A stretch of 64,000 bases of DNA, taken from contig OZ038378.1 in the NCBI GenBank assembly GCA_964036045.1, positions 165,354,001 through 165,418,000 on the forward strand. Direction: 5' to 3'. The DNA is from Eutreptiella sp. 'Long Island Sound 2002'. Lineage: Eukaryota; Protista; Euglenida. The position numbers and the translations under genes are program-made. Shown in pieces: positions 36,822-48,866 of the stretch; positions within the stretch are counted from its first letter, which is position 1; each line of letters begins with the position of its first letter. Under the pieces are notes generated by a model. It had not been told where the DNA came from, made no database searches, and saw nothing but the letters and a program-made list of their open reading frames with translations.

Positions 36822-37397
36822 ATGTAAAATGGGTTGAGACAATTGGTGCTAGCAAATGGCGAATGCTAGAGGTGTGTGCGGGGGGAGAGGGGGGGGGGGG
36901 CGTCGGACAGTAGACAAGTGAAAGTGCGAACAATTCCTGGTCCACACTCTGCCAGTGATGAGGGTCAAGTTGGTCTCAGGTACTGACATGTGTTCAAACT
37001 TTGACAGTGGGATTCAACTTACACCCCCGGCAAGGGCAACCGTAACTCCCTGCAAAGGAGCTCCTGGGCCTTGCTCTATTGCCTTTTTGGGCATTAACTG
37101 TTTGCAGTGGCCCGCCTCTTTTCTGTTCACATGCATATATAAAGATAATGCATTCTTGTATGCCCCACGATTCGCAATGGACTTTTTCTTGAGGGGAACC
37201 TCCTTCAGATGATTCACTAGATGTTGCACTTCACTGTGGGGTGCACTTTTACGGACCAAAAACTGTTCCATGAGGCAAGGGCTGAATGAAATGTGAGTAT
37301 ACGCAATTCATTGGGGGTTGAAGCTGAAAGAGATGATTGGCTGAGTCTGAAACCAGGCAGCACCGGAGAGGGGGGGGGGGACGACATTCAGGCATAG

Positions 37398-38123
37398 TTG
37401 GTGATTGTTTATTCTTGGTAGTATCTGGATGGTTGCTGTTCAAAACCTATTCAAAACATTGATTGTTCCCGACTACAAAGCATAAGCACACCTGCCTTCG
37501 ATGCACCCTTCCTTCCTTTTAGGTGGAAGCAACTCCATAGGAAATGAAGCAGTACAAAATTCAACAGGCCTAGAACAATGATGCGCATTGTCTGCACTGC
37601 ACACATCCCCACGACCGGTGCCTCACTGCCACAGGTCCAAAGGGAGATTGTATTTGATGGGCAAACATGTGAAACATGAGCTGATAGTCAGCATCTAGAT
37701 AATATAACAATTACAACACCCACACCATGCACCAATGGGCAGCAAATGAGCCTTGCAAAATGGGCAAATCAGCCTGGCTGAATGCCACAGGTCTGAGGAG
37801 CATGCTAGACCAGTTTTCCCGTAGCAGCTGAGCGGCGACTTGTGTAAGCGCCTGCATCGATCGATGCCGCCCAGCAGTAGAGCACGCAGGGATTGAACCC
37901 AAAATTTGTCCTTCCTTGTGTGACACGTTTCCAGCAGTGTGTCATAGTAGCCGAGAAGGAAAGCCCCTTGGCGCCTCCAAGCGATAATGCAGCGGCGCGA
38001 AGTAGCAATGGAAGTGTGTAAGTTGCTGCCACATGCGGTTGTAAAAGTGCTGCGGGGGAGAGGCTTTCGTGGAGTGAGCATACCGTAGAAAGCGACTCCC
38101 TAAGTCCATGTCCGCTTGCCGTT
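37398..38123. repeat. ~725-bp direct duplication, copy 1 (possible hAT C-terminal remnant on the minus strand)
   Basis: Near-identical to 40967-41693. The minus frame ILGSIPACSTAGRHRSMQAL...LRENW weakly resembles the hAT dimerisation motif. Confidence 0.9.
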
Positions 38124-38809
38124 GATATGTTCAAGTATAGTTGGTCAGCAATCGCCACGGGGCAGAGAACACGGCTGTCCCTACTCCCTGGGTACAGGTG
38201 GTGGTTCAGGTGGTTACCTACATACAACATCCAAGGGGGCGGGGGGACCGCTTGCTGGGAGGCCTCTAGGAGCAGCTGGCGCAAATGGCTGCTCGGAGTT
38301 CTCCATTGCCGTCAGCTGCAGTGTTACGGTGTTACACACTGGGAGCCCTCTGTGCAGCAGGTTAGTGTAGACTCAGTGGATGGTGTAGAGGGGCCAGAGT
38401 GTGGGGAGCCAAACTTCGTGGGCTCCCCTCAACCGTCATCCATCAGAGCTACAGTTAGTGGACTTAACAATTGCAGTGGGACTCGGGGGGACCGCGGTGA
38501 TCGCTGCAGTGGGGTACGGAAGGAAGTGCGCGCCGAACCCACAAAATACGGCATTCACTGGCCGACTGGTGTTGCCCCCCCGCCCTAGTGGGTCGGGGGA
38601 ATCTGACCAAGACAAATGTAGAGGTGTGTGCAGCGTTGGCCGTTTTGCTGTTTGTACTGGTGTGCACACCTCAATGTCCCACAGAGGCGAAGAGAGGGGG
38701 CTGGGGGTCTCCTGTTCCCACAGGGTTTTCGCTGTTGGATTGGTTGGATTTTCTTGGGCCGCAGTGAACCAAACCATGCCGAGACGGATTGAGTAGCCTG
38801 CTCACTTCA

Positions 38810-38935
38810 CAGTACTCGAGATGACCGCTCGTTCACGAGCAATCTGCATATCCCCCCAACAACGGTAGGCTGTACTGCAAGCCATGTGGAAAAAAGATGG
38901 ATGGATGGATGGGCGCATTGACGCTGTGCTTGAAG
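38810..38935 (+). pseudogene. CGGBP1/hAT-type N-terminal zinc-finger remnant
   Basis: VLEMTARSRA...NNGRLYCKPCGKKMD...ALTLCLK; nucleotide match to the minus-strand copy at ~40255-40300. Confidence 0.55.
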
Positions 38936-40224
38936 GGAGGGGGGGGGGGGGCGAAGGTGGTTAGGAGTACATTATCCTGCCAGCAAAACCTGCAGCAAGC
39001 CTCTGCATACAGGCGCCCTGGACTTTTTTCTTCATTCCTGGAGCTTTCCACCTTGAGAACTGATATGAGGGCAGGGATGACATCGGGCCAGCTCAGGGGT
39101 TCTGCAGAAGGGGGTGAGGGGGCATCGGGGAGAGATATGGGAGCTGCATGGCCTGTGCTGCGGAACGTCACAAAGAGGTCAGTTGTTCGTACCCCCCCGC
39201 CCTGCCCCACCCTTTGTCGTTCCCTGTGGGGGGGGGGGGGGGGGCGTCACTTGGTCAACACAAAAATTTTTGTTGCGGCTCACTGTGTTATTGTGTGGGT
39301 GACTGTGTTGTGAGGCACTGCCACTTATATCCTCTGTACTCTTGGCAGGACATTTTGCTCACTTTCACTGAAATGGAACTTGACAGCACAACCATGTTTA
39401 CCCCCGGGACAAATGTAATAATTTTCATCCGCTCCACAGGGGAACCTGTTTTGGTGCAGGTCATTGGATAGGTGCGTGAAGGCAAGACAGTCCTGCCACT
39501 GTGTTCTTTCTTTCACTGTGCAATTTCTGTGCCTGAAAATGTGCGTGTATGACGGTAGTGCAGTTACCCAGGGGGGTTTGGGGAACCGTCGCTTGGCAAC
39601 CGTCCCCCAGTGGGCACATCATCAGCCGATTGGCTGTTCTCAGTACGCACAAAGGAGTACAAGGGAAGATCTGGTCATGGTGTGGGTGATGATGCCAATT
39701 TTGGCTACGAGGTGTACCATAATTCATCATCGGCCTTGGGCGCGCCTGGCTTCGGGATAGACCTGTTTGCGGATGACCCGAATGGTGACCCGGTGGTATC
39801 GGTATTTGTAATGGACCGAAACGTGATCCAGAGTCCAGGCGCTAAGATTGATATGTAAAGGAGGGGGGAAGGGGGGCAGACGAGGTCATGATGCGCACGG
39901 ACACTGCTGGCAACGCTGGTTGGTCCACCACAACACGGCGCAGTGAAGGGCAGAGACATGCAAGAATTCGTGATCTCTGGACACATGGAATTCATTGGGT
40001 CAGACTAGACATTAAAATTCAATCATTAAATTACGAATTTGTGATGCACCAGCGTGCAGCTGGAAACACGCAGCATTTGTCCGGTCATCGGATGCAGGCG
40101 GGGCGGTTTGCGCCCTGGCCCGCAGAGCACCAACAATAGGCCGATTGGTTACCTTGTAGTACAATCAGCGGCAGAGGAAAAAAAAGACTGAATATGTTTG
40201 GCGCACACAACATCGTGAATACCT

Positions 40225-40400
40225 GAGGTAACGTCAGTGAGTCCTCCGGCGTCTCATCCATCTTTTTTCCACGTGGCTTGCAGTACAGCCTACCATTGTT
40301 GTCATACAGACCATACTTACCGTACTTTTCAACCCACTGTGCAATTGTAACTTCTTTCAGCACATGGGGCTGTTTGGCCTTCCTCAAAGTGTCTGGACGT
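40225..40400 (-). pseudogene. CGGBP1/hAT-type N-terminal zinc-finger remnant, second copy
   Basis: VLKEVTIAQWVEKYGKYGLYDNNGRLYCKPRGKKMDETPEDSLT; the second Cys is TGT>CGT relative to the 38.9-kb copy. Confidence 0.55.
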
Positions 40401-40966
40401 GAAGGTTTTGCGCGCACCTTCTGACCATCTGATTGTGATGTGCTGGGTGGGTGTGCAGCAGACCCTGTGGCAGACCCTGTGGCAGCAGTAAAAGACTCTG
40501 CAACAGACGCTGAAGGCTCCACAACCCCAGATTCCACTGACTCTGTGGCCAACGACGTGGCTGCACCAGACACAACTAGAGGAGCCGAAGGCACCTGCAG
40601 CCCAGAATCCACTGATTGGGGGGGCTCATGATGAGGTGCCTGAAAACCGGCGGCTGAAGAACGCGCCAGGGCGTGCAGAGCGAACACACAAATCGCAAAC
40701 TGCCCCCTGACCAGCATCATGGTACTTGTCCTGCAGAAAAGTTTGATCAGGGGGGACAATGACTCCCAGGGGACCAGAGACGCATCTTTTTGCGGGCAGT
40801 AAGGCCGCCTCCAATTTCATTTGGCAGGGAGGGGGGGGGGGGCATCCCACCCCACCCCAAAAGCCCCCCCCCCCCTCTAAGGGCACCCGCCTCCTTGTAA
40901 CGGGGTGGGGTGGGATGGGGCCAAATCCTTTGACTGCCAAAATTGAAAATGGAAGGTGATAGCCAG

Positions 40967-41693
40967 ATGGTGATTGTTCATTCTTGGTAGTATCTGGATG
41001 GTTGCTGTTCAAAACCTATTCAAAACATTGATTGTTGCCACCGACAAAGCATAAGCACACCTGCCTTCGATGCACCCTTCCTTCCTTTTTAGGTGGAAGC
41101 AACTCCATAGGAAATGAAGCAGTACAAAATTCAACAGGCCTAGAACAATGATGCGCATTGTCTGCACTGCACACATCCCCACGACCGGTGCCTCACTGCC
41201 ACAGGTCCAAAGGGAGATTGTATTTGATGGGCAAACATGTGAAACATGAGCTGATAGTCAGCATCTAGATAATATAACAATTACAACACCCACACCATGC
41301 ACCAATGGGCAGCAAATGAGCCTTGCAAAATGGGCAAATCAGCCTGGCTGAATGCCACAGGTCTGAGGAGCATGCTAGACCAGTTTTCCCGTAGCAGCTG
41401 AGCGGCGACTTGTGTAAGCGCCTGCATCGATCGATGCCGCCCAGCAGTAGAGCACGCAGGGATTGAACCCAAAATTTGTCCTTCCTTGTGTGACACGTTT
41501 CCAGCAGTGCCTCATAGTAGCCGAGAAGGAAAGCCCCTTGGCGCCTCCAAGCGATAATGCAGCGGCGCGAAGTAGCAATGGAAGTGTGTAAGTTGCTGCC
41601 ACATGCGGTTGTAAAAGTGCTGCGGGGGAGAGGCTTTCGTGGAGTGAGCATACCGTAGAAAGCGACTCCCTAAGTCCATGTCCGCTTGCCGTT
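40967..41693. repeat. ~725-bp direct duplication, copy 2
   Basis: Near-identical to 37398-38123. Confidence 0.9.
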
Positions 41694-42877
41694 GACGCAT
41701 CAGGGTTTGGGCAAACAGTTTGTAATCTATGAGCGCAGTAGACTGGAACTCTAATGCAGGGTGGGTGAGGAACCAGCGTGGGGTGAAACATACCTGGGAA
41801 TGCGCATAGTGCGAGGATGCAAAGGTCTTTGGATCTGCCATGTAGGGTGTACCAGGATGTTGGGTGAGGTAGTGGACGGCTTTGGACCGATTATGTGAGG
41901 TCGGGGGCTGGGCCAGCAGCTTTCTTATCCGGCGCGCAATCAGTGGGGTGGGCGTGTGTGGGAGTGCGTGCCTGGGTCGGAGTCACGACGCGCGGGTGAA
42001 AAGGGTCCGGAAGGGAATACCCTAGTGGCAGGGCGATCGCCACCAGCACGGTTGCTGGTGTTTCTTTGGAGATCTGCAAATCCAGTTTGAGGTTGCCCCC
42101 TCGTACATTGTGCAGGGGGTGCATGTGCCCAACGGGCCGCCTGTTGGCCTTCAGCCGTTGTCCCGTTGGTTCCCTTAGCAGGAGATACGTGGCTGAATGG
42201 ATGTTTTTGGAAAAGGGGGAGCAATGTCCGTTCTGATCGACTGAATGTCCCCATCCATAGACCATGAAATTGTGAAGTGGCAAAATCTTGATTGTTTCGC
42301 TCTCACTAGAGTTAGGCAAAGCCGCAACCGACCTGAAACCGTCGACTCCACGTGGACACTGGGCAAGGCTCAGGATGTGTCTATTGCATGTGCAAAGGTA
42401 CCAGTTCACCCACAAGCAGGGCCTCATCAGCAACACAAGCTCTGTGACATGGTAAACACCATTCAAACATCATGTTTGTTCGGCATAGCGTCTAGCACAC
42501 TCCGACATTGAATCACAGCGATGAAAGTGTTTTGCCGCAGCCAAAATCTCATGTGTCCCCTTCTTGGTTGGGGTGCTCAACTATCTCGGCACATCGGAAG
42601 AGATGCACCATGACGGGAGCTCAGGGAGTTACAACACATGTTCCCTCCTGAAAAGGGCCGTGATGTTCATGACCTGAACTTCACCCTGGGACTGCTAACC
42701 TTCTATCGTTTGGCAGCAGGAGGGACACCCTGTTCTTCCTCATTTTCAGACGATGGAAGAACTTCGTCTTGCAAAGCATCTTCAGCAGTGGAAACAAGTG
42801 CAGGTGCATTTTAGTGGACAAAATTTTCCATGATAAACACAACAATGAACTGCATTGGACAAGAGTCAAGCAGAACA

Positions 42878-42968
42878 TTATGCACGATTATGCACCATTA
42901 TGCACGATCATGCCAATCAGCCAAATTGTACATTATGCACAATTATGCACAATTATGCACGTGCATAA
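42878..42968. repeat. Short tandem (ATTATGCACA)-like repeat
   Basis: attatgcac repeated about 6 times. Confidence 0.8.
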
Positions 42969-43569
42969 ACTTCCCTCCGCTGTACAATGGGGTTCGGTGT
43001 ACACATTGTAATGTGTCCAATCGCGTGAACCCGGATCCCGCCGGCAGGGAACCAGGTGTGGTACCCCTCCACTGTTTTTTTTTTTCAAACCTGCAATAGT
43101 TCAGCAACAGTACGAGACAGTCTCGGTGTCGAAGCACACTCTCAGGAGGGAGGAGTTCATTGTAGGGAGCAATAGTCCATGGGTTAGGCACACATGGCTC
43201 CCACCACGGGCCAGCCGCTAACGGCTAGCCCCTGTGAGGTGAAAAGGGCGCCTATCCTGCATGACAAGAGGCTCCCCCCGCAACAACAGTTACGTTTGCT
43301 CACCAGTCGCCTGCCCATGACCCTCCATTGCCCCACTTGGCTGGAGCACAGCCTGGGCCAGCTGCATGCTGTACAGCATGGTGTTGTGCATCTGTAGTGG
43401 GTCAGGGACCCATCCGCGCGCCATGCCCGGCAGTGTGAAACAGGTTCGGATCCATTGCTATGAGGGGGGAAGGGATTCCTGAAAAGCAGCTGCGTTGGTG
43501 GCGAGCTGTGGAGACGGGGGGCGTCAAGTCCACAGCACACTCTCAGAATATACTATAGCTTCTTCCCTT

Positions 43570-45876
43570 TTATTGGGGAATCTCCTGATCTTGGGGCGCC
43601 CGTGGCTTTGACCGCGGTGCCTGCAGCTCTATATCCGAATGCTTCTCGCAGTCGATGGCCGGGATGGTCGACAGGAACTCCAGCTGCTTGGCGAATTGGT
43701 TCCTCCAACTACAGGAAACCGCTGGACGACCGCAGTCGCTTCGGGATGTCGTACTTGATGGCGGCGCGTCGTCCGACGCGTGCGATAGACTTGATAGCGC
43801 CGACATCGAGGGCGTGCCCTCGACTGCGACTTTGTGGGCTGCACTTCGTGGCATGCTCACCACATACGACAGCGCGGGACTGCGGCAGTGCGGGGGGATA
43901 CTTGCAGAACCCCTCCGTGGCATGTCATCGGATGGACAGCGGCTGGACGACGCCGACATTGACCGCGTGCCCGCGGTTTGGCTGCACGGTGCACATGCGG
44001 AGGCACTGAGATCCCACTGACAAAGGCCAGACACCCATCCAGACTCGTGTGCAGGAGCGCCGTGTGCTCTCGGGGGCAGACCGGAGGCGTTCGACTGCGG
44101 CCGAACGGGCGATACTGATCTCGAGGTGGGCAACCTCCCTGGCAAAGGCAGATAGGGCGGGATTTTCTTCAGAAAGTCATTGGAACTGCGCTGCGGGGGC
44201 CCGGCATTCCCTTGCGCCATTGCGGGGCTCTCTTCGGCCCGCAGGCGCGCCCACCGTGGGCTTGAAAAGGCGGCGGAGCAGTTCTGATCTGTCCCATCGG
44301 CATCCAGTGCCAGCCAAGGCGTTGCCAGCAGCTCATGGCACGTGGGGCGGCTGTATGCCTCCAGCTGGAGGCACTGCCGCACCACGTCCTGCATGGGGCT
44401 GCAGAGGGTGTCGGGCACTTGTGGGGGCTGCTGGCAGGTGGCGATGTGGTAGAAGGCCGGGATGGTGTGCTCGAATTGCATCTCGCTCCACGGCTCTTGG
44501 TTGGTGGCCATCTGTAAGATGGTGCAGCCAAGACTCCAGATGTCACACGACCAGTTGGAGCCCTCCTGCCGACACACCTCCGGAGCCATCCACAGTACAG
44601 TGCCCATAACGAGGCACTTGACGTCAGCACTGCGGCTGCAGTATGAGCAACCGAAGTCGGTCAGCCTCACTTCCCCCTTATCCGACACCAGAATATTGGC
44701 CCCTTTGATATCACCGTGCACAATGCCCTCGGAATGGAGGTACTCCAACCCCCGCACGGCTTGGTGGATGTACAGCGTTATGAGCTCCTCCTCAAGGGCG
44801 CCAAATTGCGACAGCAGCAGCGCGATCGAGCCCCCGGGCACATACCCCAGGAGGATAGTGAACCGGTCTCCGCGGTCGGTTCCCAGGTACTGCACGATGT
44901 TGGGGTGGGCCAAGCGCTTCAAAAGGCTGACCTCGGTCTCCATGGTTGCCATGTCAGACTCGGCGAACCCGGTCTTCAGTTGCTTGACACAGATGAGCTC
45001 CCCGGTGTCGTGGCTCAGGCCCAGGAACACGTCCGAAAACCCCCCAGAAGCGATCTGCTTTGACACACTGTACCGCAGCGGCTTGTGCACTGACTGACGA
45101 ATGCGGCGGTCCTTCATAATTAGGAAGCTGAAGTCCTGCATTACACTATCCCTTGACGGGCTTCCACCATAACTTACCGCGGATCTTGATTGGCGTAGAG
45201 ACGATCGACTGTGACTCATAGAATGCCGCGGCAAGGAGTGAGGCGAGGGTTGAGGTGGTGCGTCTGCAGATACGAGCTGGGCCAGCGAAAAGAGGCTCGG
45301 TAGCAGAGCGCAGCCCACCTCCACGAGCTCCTGCAGATCGAGCCACATGGCAGTACTCACCGCAGGGTTCATGCTGAACAGCACAGTGCAAACAATAACG
45401 CCCACCACCAGCGCAGCTGGAGGTCCCCGTGTGCCGCCAGGGATGTGGCCCAGTGTCGCCACAAACCACAAGGAGCGCACGCCGCATAAGGCCCACAGCA
45501 CATCCACGCCACCAACGATGAGAACAAAGAGCCACGTCCAGCAACCACTGCGCTGCAGCGATGCCATTGGGCATGAATTGGTGGAGGGTTCAGCGAGTGC
45601 TTCATCGAGACTACTTTCCAAATACCTTGCAGAGTCGGTGTTCTGCGACCAGGCAAACCTGGGCCTTCTCCTCGGTTTGGCATACCTCCAAATGTGCACA
45701 CCAGCATACATAGTGAGCACTATACAGCCCAGGCTCTGGAGTCCGAACAGTGTGCCCATAAGCTTGGTGTTGGTCTTGTTGCTGTGCAATGCCATTACGC
45801 ACACCGCTGCATGTGTAATGGCACAACAGATCAACGGTGCCACCAGACATCCGAGTGCCCGCTTGAAATTTGCCAT
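43570..45876 (-). CDS. STE11/MAP3K-like Ser/Thr kinase with N-terminal multi-pass membrane region, intronless (768 aa)
   Basis: IASGGFSDV, ICVKQL, HPNIVQYLG, YVPGGS, HGDIKGANIL, TDFG, GTVLWMAPE, DIWSLGCT; about 5 hydrophobic stretches in the first ~210 aa. Confidence 0.9.
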   Translation of the reverse strand: MANFKRALGCLVAPLICCAITHAAVCVMALHSNKTNTKLMGTLFGLQSLGCIVLTMYAGVHIWRYAKPRRRPRFAWSQNTDSARYLESSLDEALAEPSTNSCPMASLQRSGCWTWLFVLIVGGVDVLWALCGVRSLWFVATLGHIPGGTRGPPAALVVGVIVCTVLFSMNPAVSTAMWLDLQELVEVGCALLPSLFSLAQLVSADAPPQPSPHSLPRHSMSHSRSSLRQSRSAVSYGGSPSRDSVMQDFSFLIMKDRRIRQSVHKPLRYSVSKQIASGGFSDVFLGLSHDTGELICVKQLKTGFAESDMATMETEVSLLKRLAHPNIVQYLGTDRGDRFTILLGYVPGGSIALLLSQFGALEEELITLYIHQAVRGLEYLHSEGIVHGDIKGANILVSDKGEVRLTDFGCSYCSRSADVKCLVMGTVLWMAPEVCRQEGSNWSCDIWSLGCTILQMATNQEPWSEMQFEHTIPAFYHIATCQQPPQVPDTLCSPMQDVVRQCLQLEAYSRPTCHELLATPWLALDADGTDQNCSAAFSSPRWARLRAEESPAMAQGNAGPPQRSSNDFLKKIPPYLPLPGRLPTSRSVSPVRPQSNASGLPPRAHGAPAHESGWVSGLCQWDLSASACAPCSQTAGTRSMSASSSRCPSDDMPRRGSASIPPHCRSPALSYVVSMPRSAAHKVAVEGTPSMSALSSLSHASDDAPPSSTTSRSDCGRPAVSCSWRNQFAKQLEFLSTIPAIDCEKHSDIELQAPRSKPRAPQDQEIPQ

Positions 45877-46169
45877 GTGATCTAGAGGCAGGAGCACGGT
45901 CAGCCATGTTCATTTGCAATCATTCATTCCCTGGCATCAGGGGTCTTCATAGTGGTCCTGCCCCTGTTACCCCCCCCCCCCTCGAGGGAGAGGTGACAGG
46001 TGACAGATGGATGGGCTTGCAGCCAAGGCCGACTTGGAGGTCGGGTCAGAGGGTCGAAAATTTTTAGTGTTTTTCACTCACATTTGAATTCTCCACAAAA
46101 AATGTGAGCATTTTGAGTATAGACACATGGGGTGGAAAACATTTTTCCCCCTTCGGCAGGCATATGATA

Positions 46170-47130
46170 TAGAACATGATATAGAAAAGCCATCAAGGGC
46201 CTTGAGGACACGGATGTGATATAGCACAGCCATCAAGGGCCTTGAAGACACGGATATGATATAGAACAGCCATCAAGGGCCTTGAGGACACACATATGAC
46301 ATAGAACAGCCATCAAGGGCCTTGAGGACACGGATATGATATAGAACAGCCATCAAGGGTATTGAGGACACGCATATGAGAAAGATCATGAAATAGAACA
46401 ACCGGCATATGTTTGGCAGTGTGCCCACCAGGGTGCAGGGTCGGAAGGTGGGCTCGGGGAGGGGTGTAGGGACCCTGACCCCCTATTCTGGGGTCGGGAA
46501 ACACAAAAACACATGTTTTAGAAGTGAATTGGATGGTTATTAGTGGGTATTTGCCCCTTTAAAGGGCCGGTGATGGCTAAAAATAGGGTATGGCATCACT
46601 ACTACTAGGATCCTAACCACAGTACTAAAAATAACAACTAAATCCTAAAAAAAATCCACACCACCCCTATATACCGCCAACGACATAGTAATTTGGAGTA
46701 TTGAATGTACTATTGTCCATTTTGATGTTCGTCAATGTTTGGGGTGGAAAGGGCTCATATTGGGGGTTTGGACCACAAATTTACCTATTTTTAGTATTGT
46801 GGTTAAGATCCCAATAGTAGTGATGTCATACCCTATTTTTAGCCATCACCAGCCCTTTATAGGGGCAAATACCCACTAATAACCATCCAATTCACTTCTA
46901 AAACATGTTTTTTTGTGCTTCCCGACCCCAAAATAGGGGCACGGGGTCCCTGCACCCCTCCCCGAGCCCACCGTCCGACCCTGCACCCTGGTGAGCACAC
47001 TGCCAAACATATGCCGAACAACCATCAAGGGCCTTGAGGACACGCACGTAATATTGAACAGCCATCAAGGGCCTCGAGGACACGCATATTGCATAGAACA
47101 TCCATCAAGGGCCTTGAGGACACACATATG
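46170..47130. repeat. 40-bp minisatellite (about 5 + 3 copies) split by a MITE
   Basis: Unit atagaacagccatcaagggccttgaggacacggatatgat at ~46178-46403 and 47016-47130. Confidence 0.9.
46404..47015. mobile_element. Non-autonomous DNA transposon (MITE/foldback), 612 bp, ~230-bp TIRs, 8-bp TSD GAACAACC
   Basis: TIRs 46404-46632 and 46786-47015 (GGCATATGTTTGGCAGTGTG...CACACTGCCAAACATATGCC); gaacaacc at 46396-46403 and 47016-47023. Confidence 0.92.
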
Positions 47131-48866
47131 ATGGGTGCCTCATATATGATGGGTGCCTCCCTTTCTTGGCCAACCTGACATTTCCAGAAGATGCCTAAGC
47201 GGTGGCACACTGGGTGCCAGCCCCCCACTTCCACCAAAAAATTCGACCCCTTCTTTTGAAGATCCCTGGCTGGCATATAGCATGGGGCTGTGCATACTGC
47301 TCTTGAAGTATATTATGTCAACCAGTACGCATGCCGTTAGAGGAGCAAGGAGCGCGATGATGTCACAAGGGGCGTTCGTGTCACCATTGTTGGTGTCAGT
47401 CCCACCATCATCGCTGGGAATTCAGACATCCAAAAAAAACCGCCCCCAAAGAATTGCCACCCTCCTTTGCGGTCACACACCAATAATTCCTGGGTGTACC
47501 AAGAGGCGATGACTTAGATCAGTTTGTGTTGGAGAAGAGTGTGCTTGTGACTACCCAATGCCATGTGCCAAAGCAGGACACTCATAGCATACCTGAGTAG
47601 GGTAAATGTCTCAGAGGCAGCTTGCAGGTGCATAGCCAATTCTTCACTTAGCACGGGGGGATGGACATGGGCCTCAATTGGTCAGGTGTGGACCCGCCAC
47701 TTAGCTCCAACCGCGCTTGCCTCACGACCTTCATTGCCAACTCAGTTCCATGATTGTGCGTGTCACGTGGACAGTGCTTTGCAGTTCTTGTCCCTTCCCT
47801 CCGCCCTGAATGGGGTAAGAGTTGGGCTGCTTCTACAGGGTTCTGGGCTTTGTCGCCTTTTGGACTGAGTTCGGGGCGTAGCGTTAAATGTGTCCCACTT
47901 TGGTGCCCACCGGCGCACTGGTATGCCTGCGTACGCTGGCCCCTCTCGGCCACATACCTGTGTTTCGGGTTTACCTGGTCATGGGGGGTGGGGCGGTCAG
48001 AGGTCACCCTCGTGGGCCACTGCCACTGGCCCTGGGCTATTTAGGTCCTTCGGATTTAGAAACCCCAGTGGGTACTGGCTTTTGCAAAGGTCACCATACA
48101 GCCATACAAGGGGAGGGAAGGCAGGGCGGCGCTGGGGCGCCTGCATGTGGTGTGGGTGTGTGTGTTGTACCGCTGAGCCTGGGGTGGGACCTGTGTTACC
48201 TAAGAAGGCAGCTACTCGAATGGCAGTGCAGCCGGCGCTTGCCGTGAAGGAGGCGGTTCGATGCCCGCTGGCGCCGTTGGATCGGTGGGGCCTCCCACCG
48301 ATCCCTTTGAATACCGGACGGGACCTCCCGTCGATCTGTCCGAGTACAGGTGGCAGCGCGCACTGCTACAGGTGTGTGTGGTGCCTACGTGCCCTTTTTG
48401 GGGGTTGGCGGGGGCAAAACGGACGAGACCTCAACCCTATCCACCGGTACCGGTGGTGGCGCGGGTCGCTGTAGGGGGGGGGGGGGGTTCCAACGATGCC
48501 CACTAGAGAGCTCTACGTGCAGGGAACCTAGGAGCAGCAGCTCCTGGGCATCGAACCCCCGCACTGGACGACTGAAGACTACCGCTCTCACTATTGGGCC
48601 GCCTATGTCTCTTACCCACAATGGAGAACCATTTACCTACGGGGCGTTCCGGGGGGGGGGGGATGAGGCAACGGATACTGGGCTCGCATACGCCCCCGTG
48701 TCACAGGCACATGGTCATCACCACATACTTCGGTGTTTTTCCTCGCTGCACTGCAGCGCAGACCAGTTCTGTACCACTCCAGGTGGCTGCTGACTGTCCT
48801 GACTGTGCTTTGGCCTTGGCCATCTGTACATCGAGGTTCCGGGGGGGGGGGGGGGCGTCATGTGCT

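Noticed and set aside
46170-47130. CRISPR-like palindromic repeats
   Set aside because: The variable parts are ~10-bp variants of one sequence, not spacers; this is a minisatellite.
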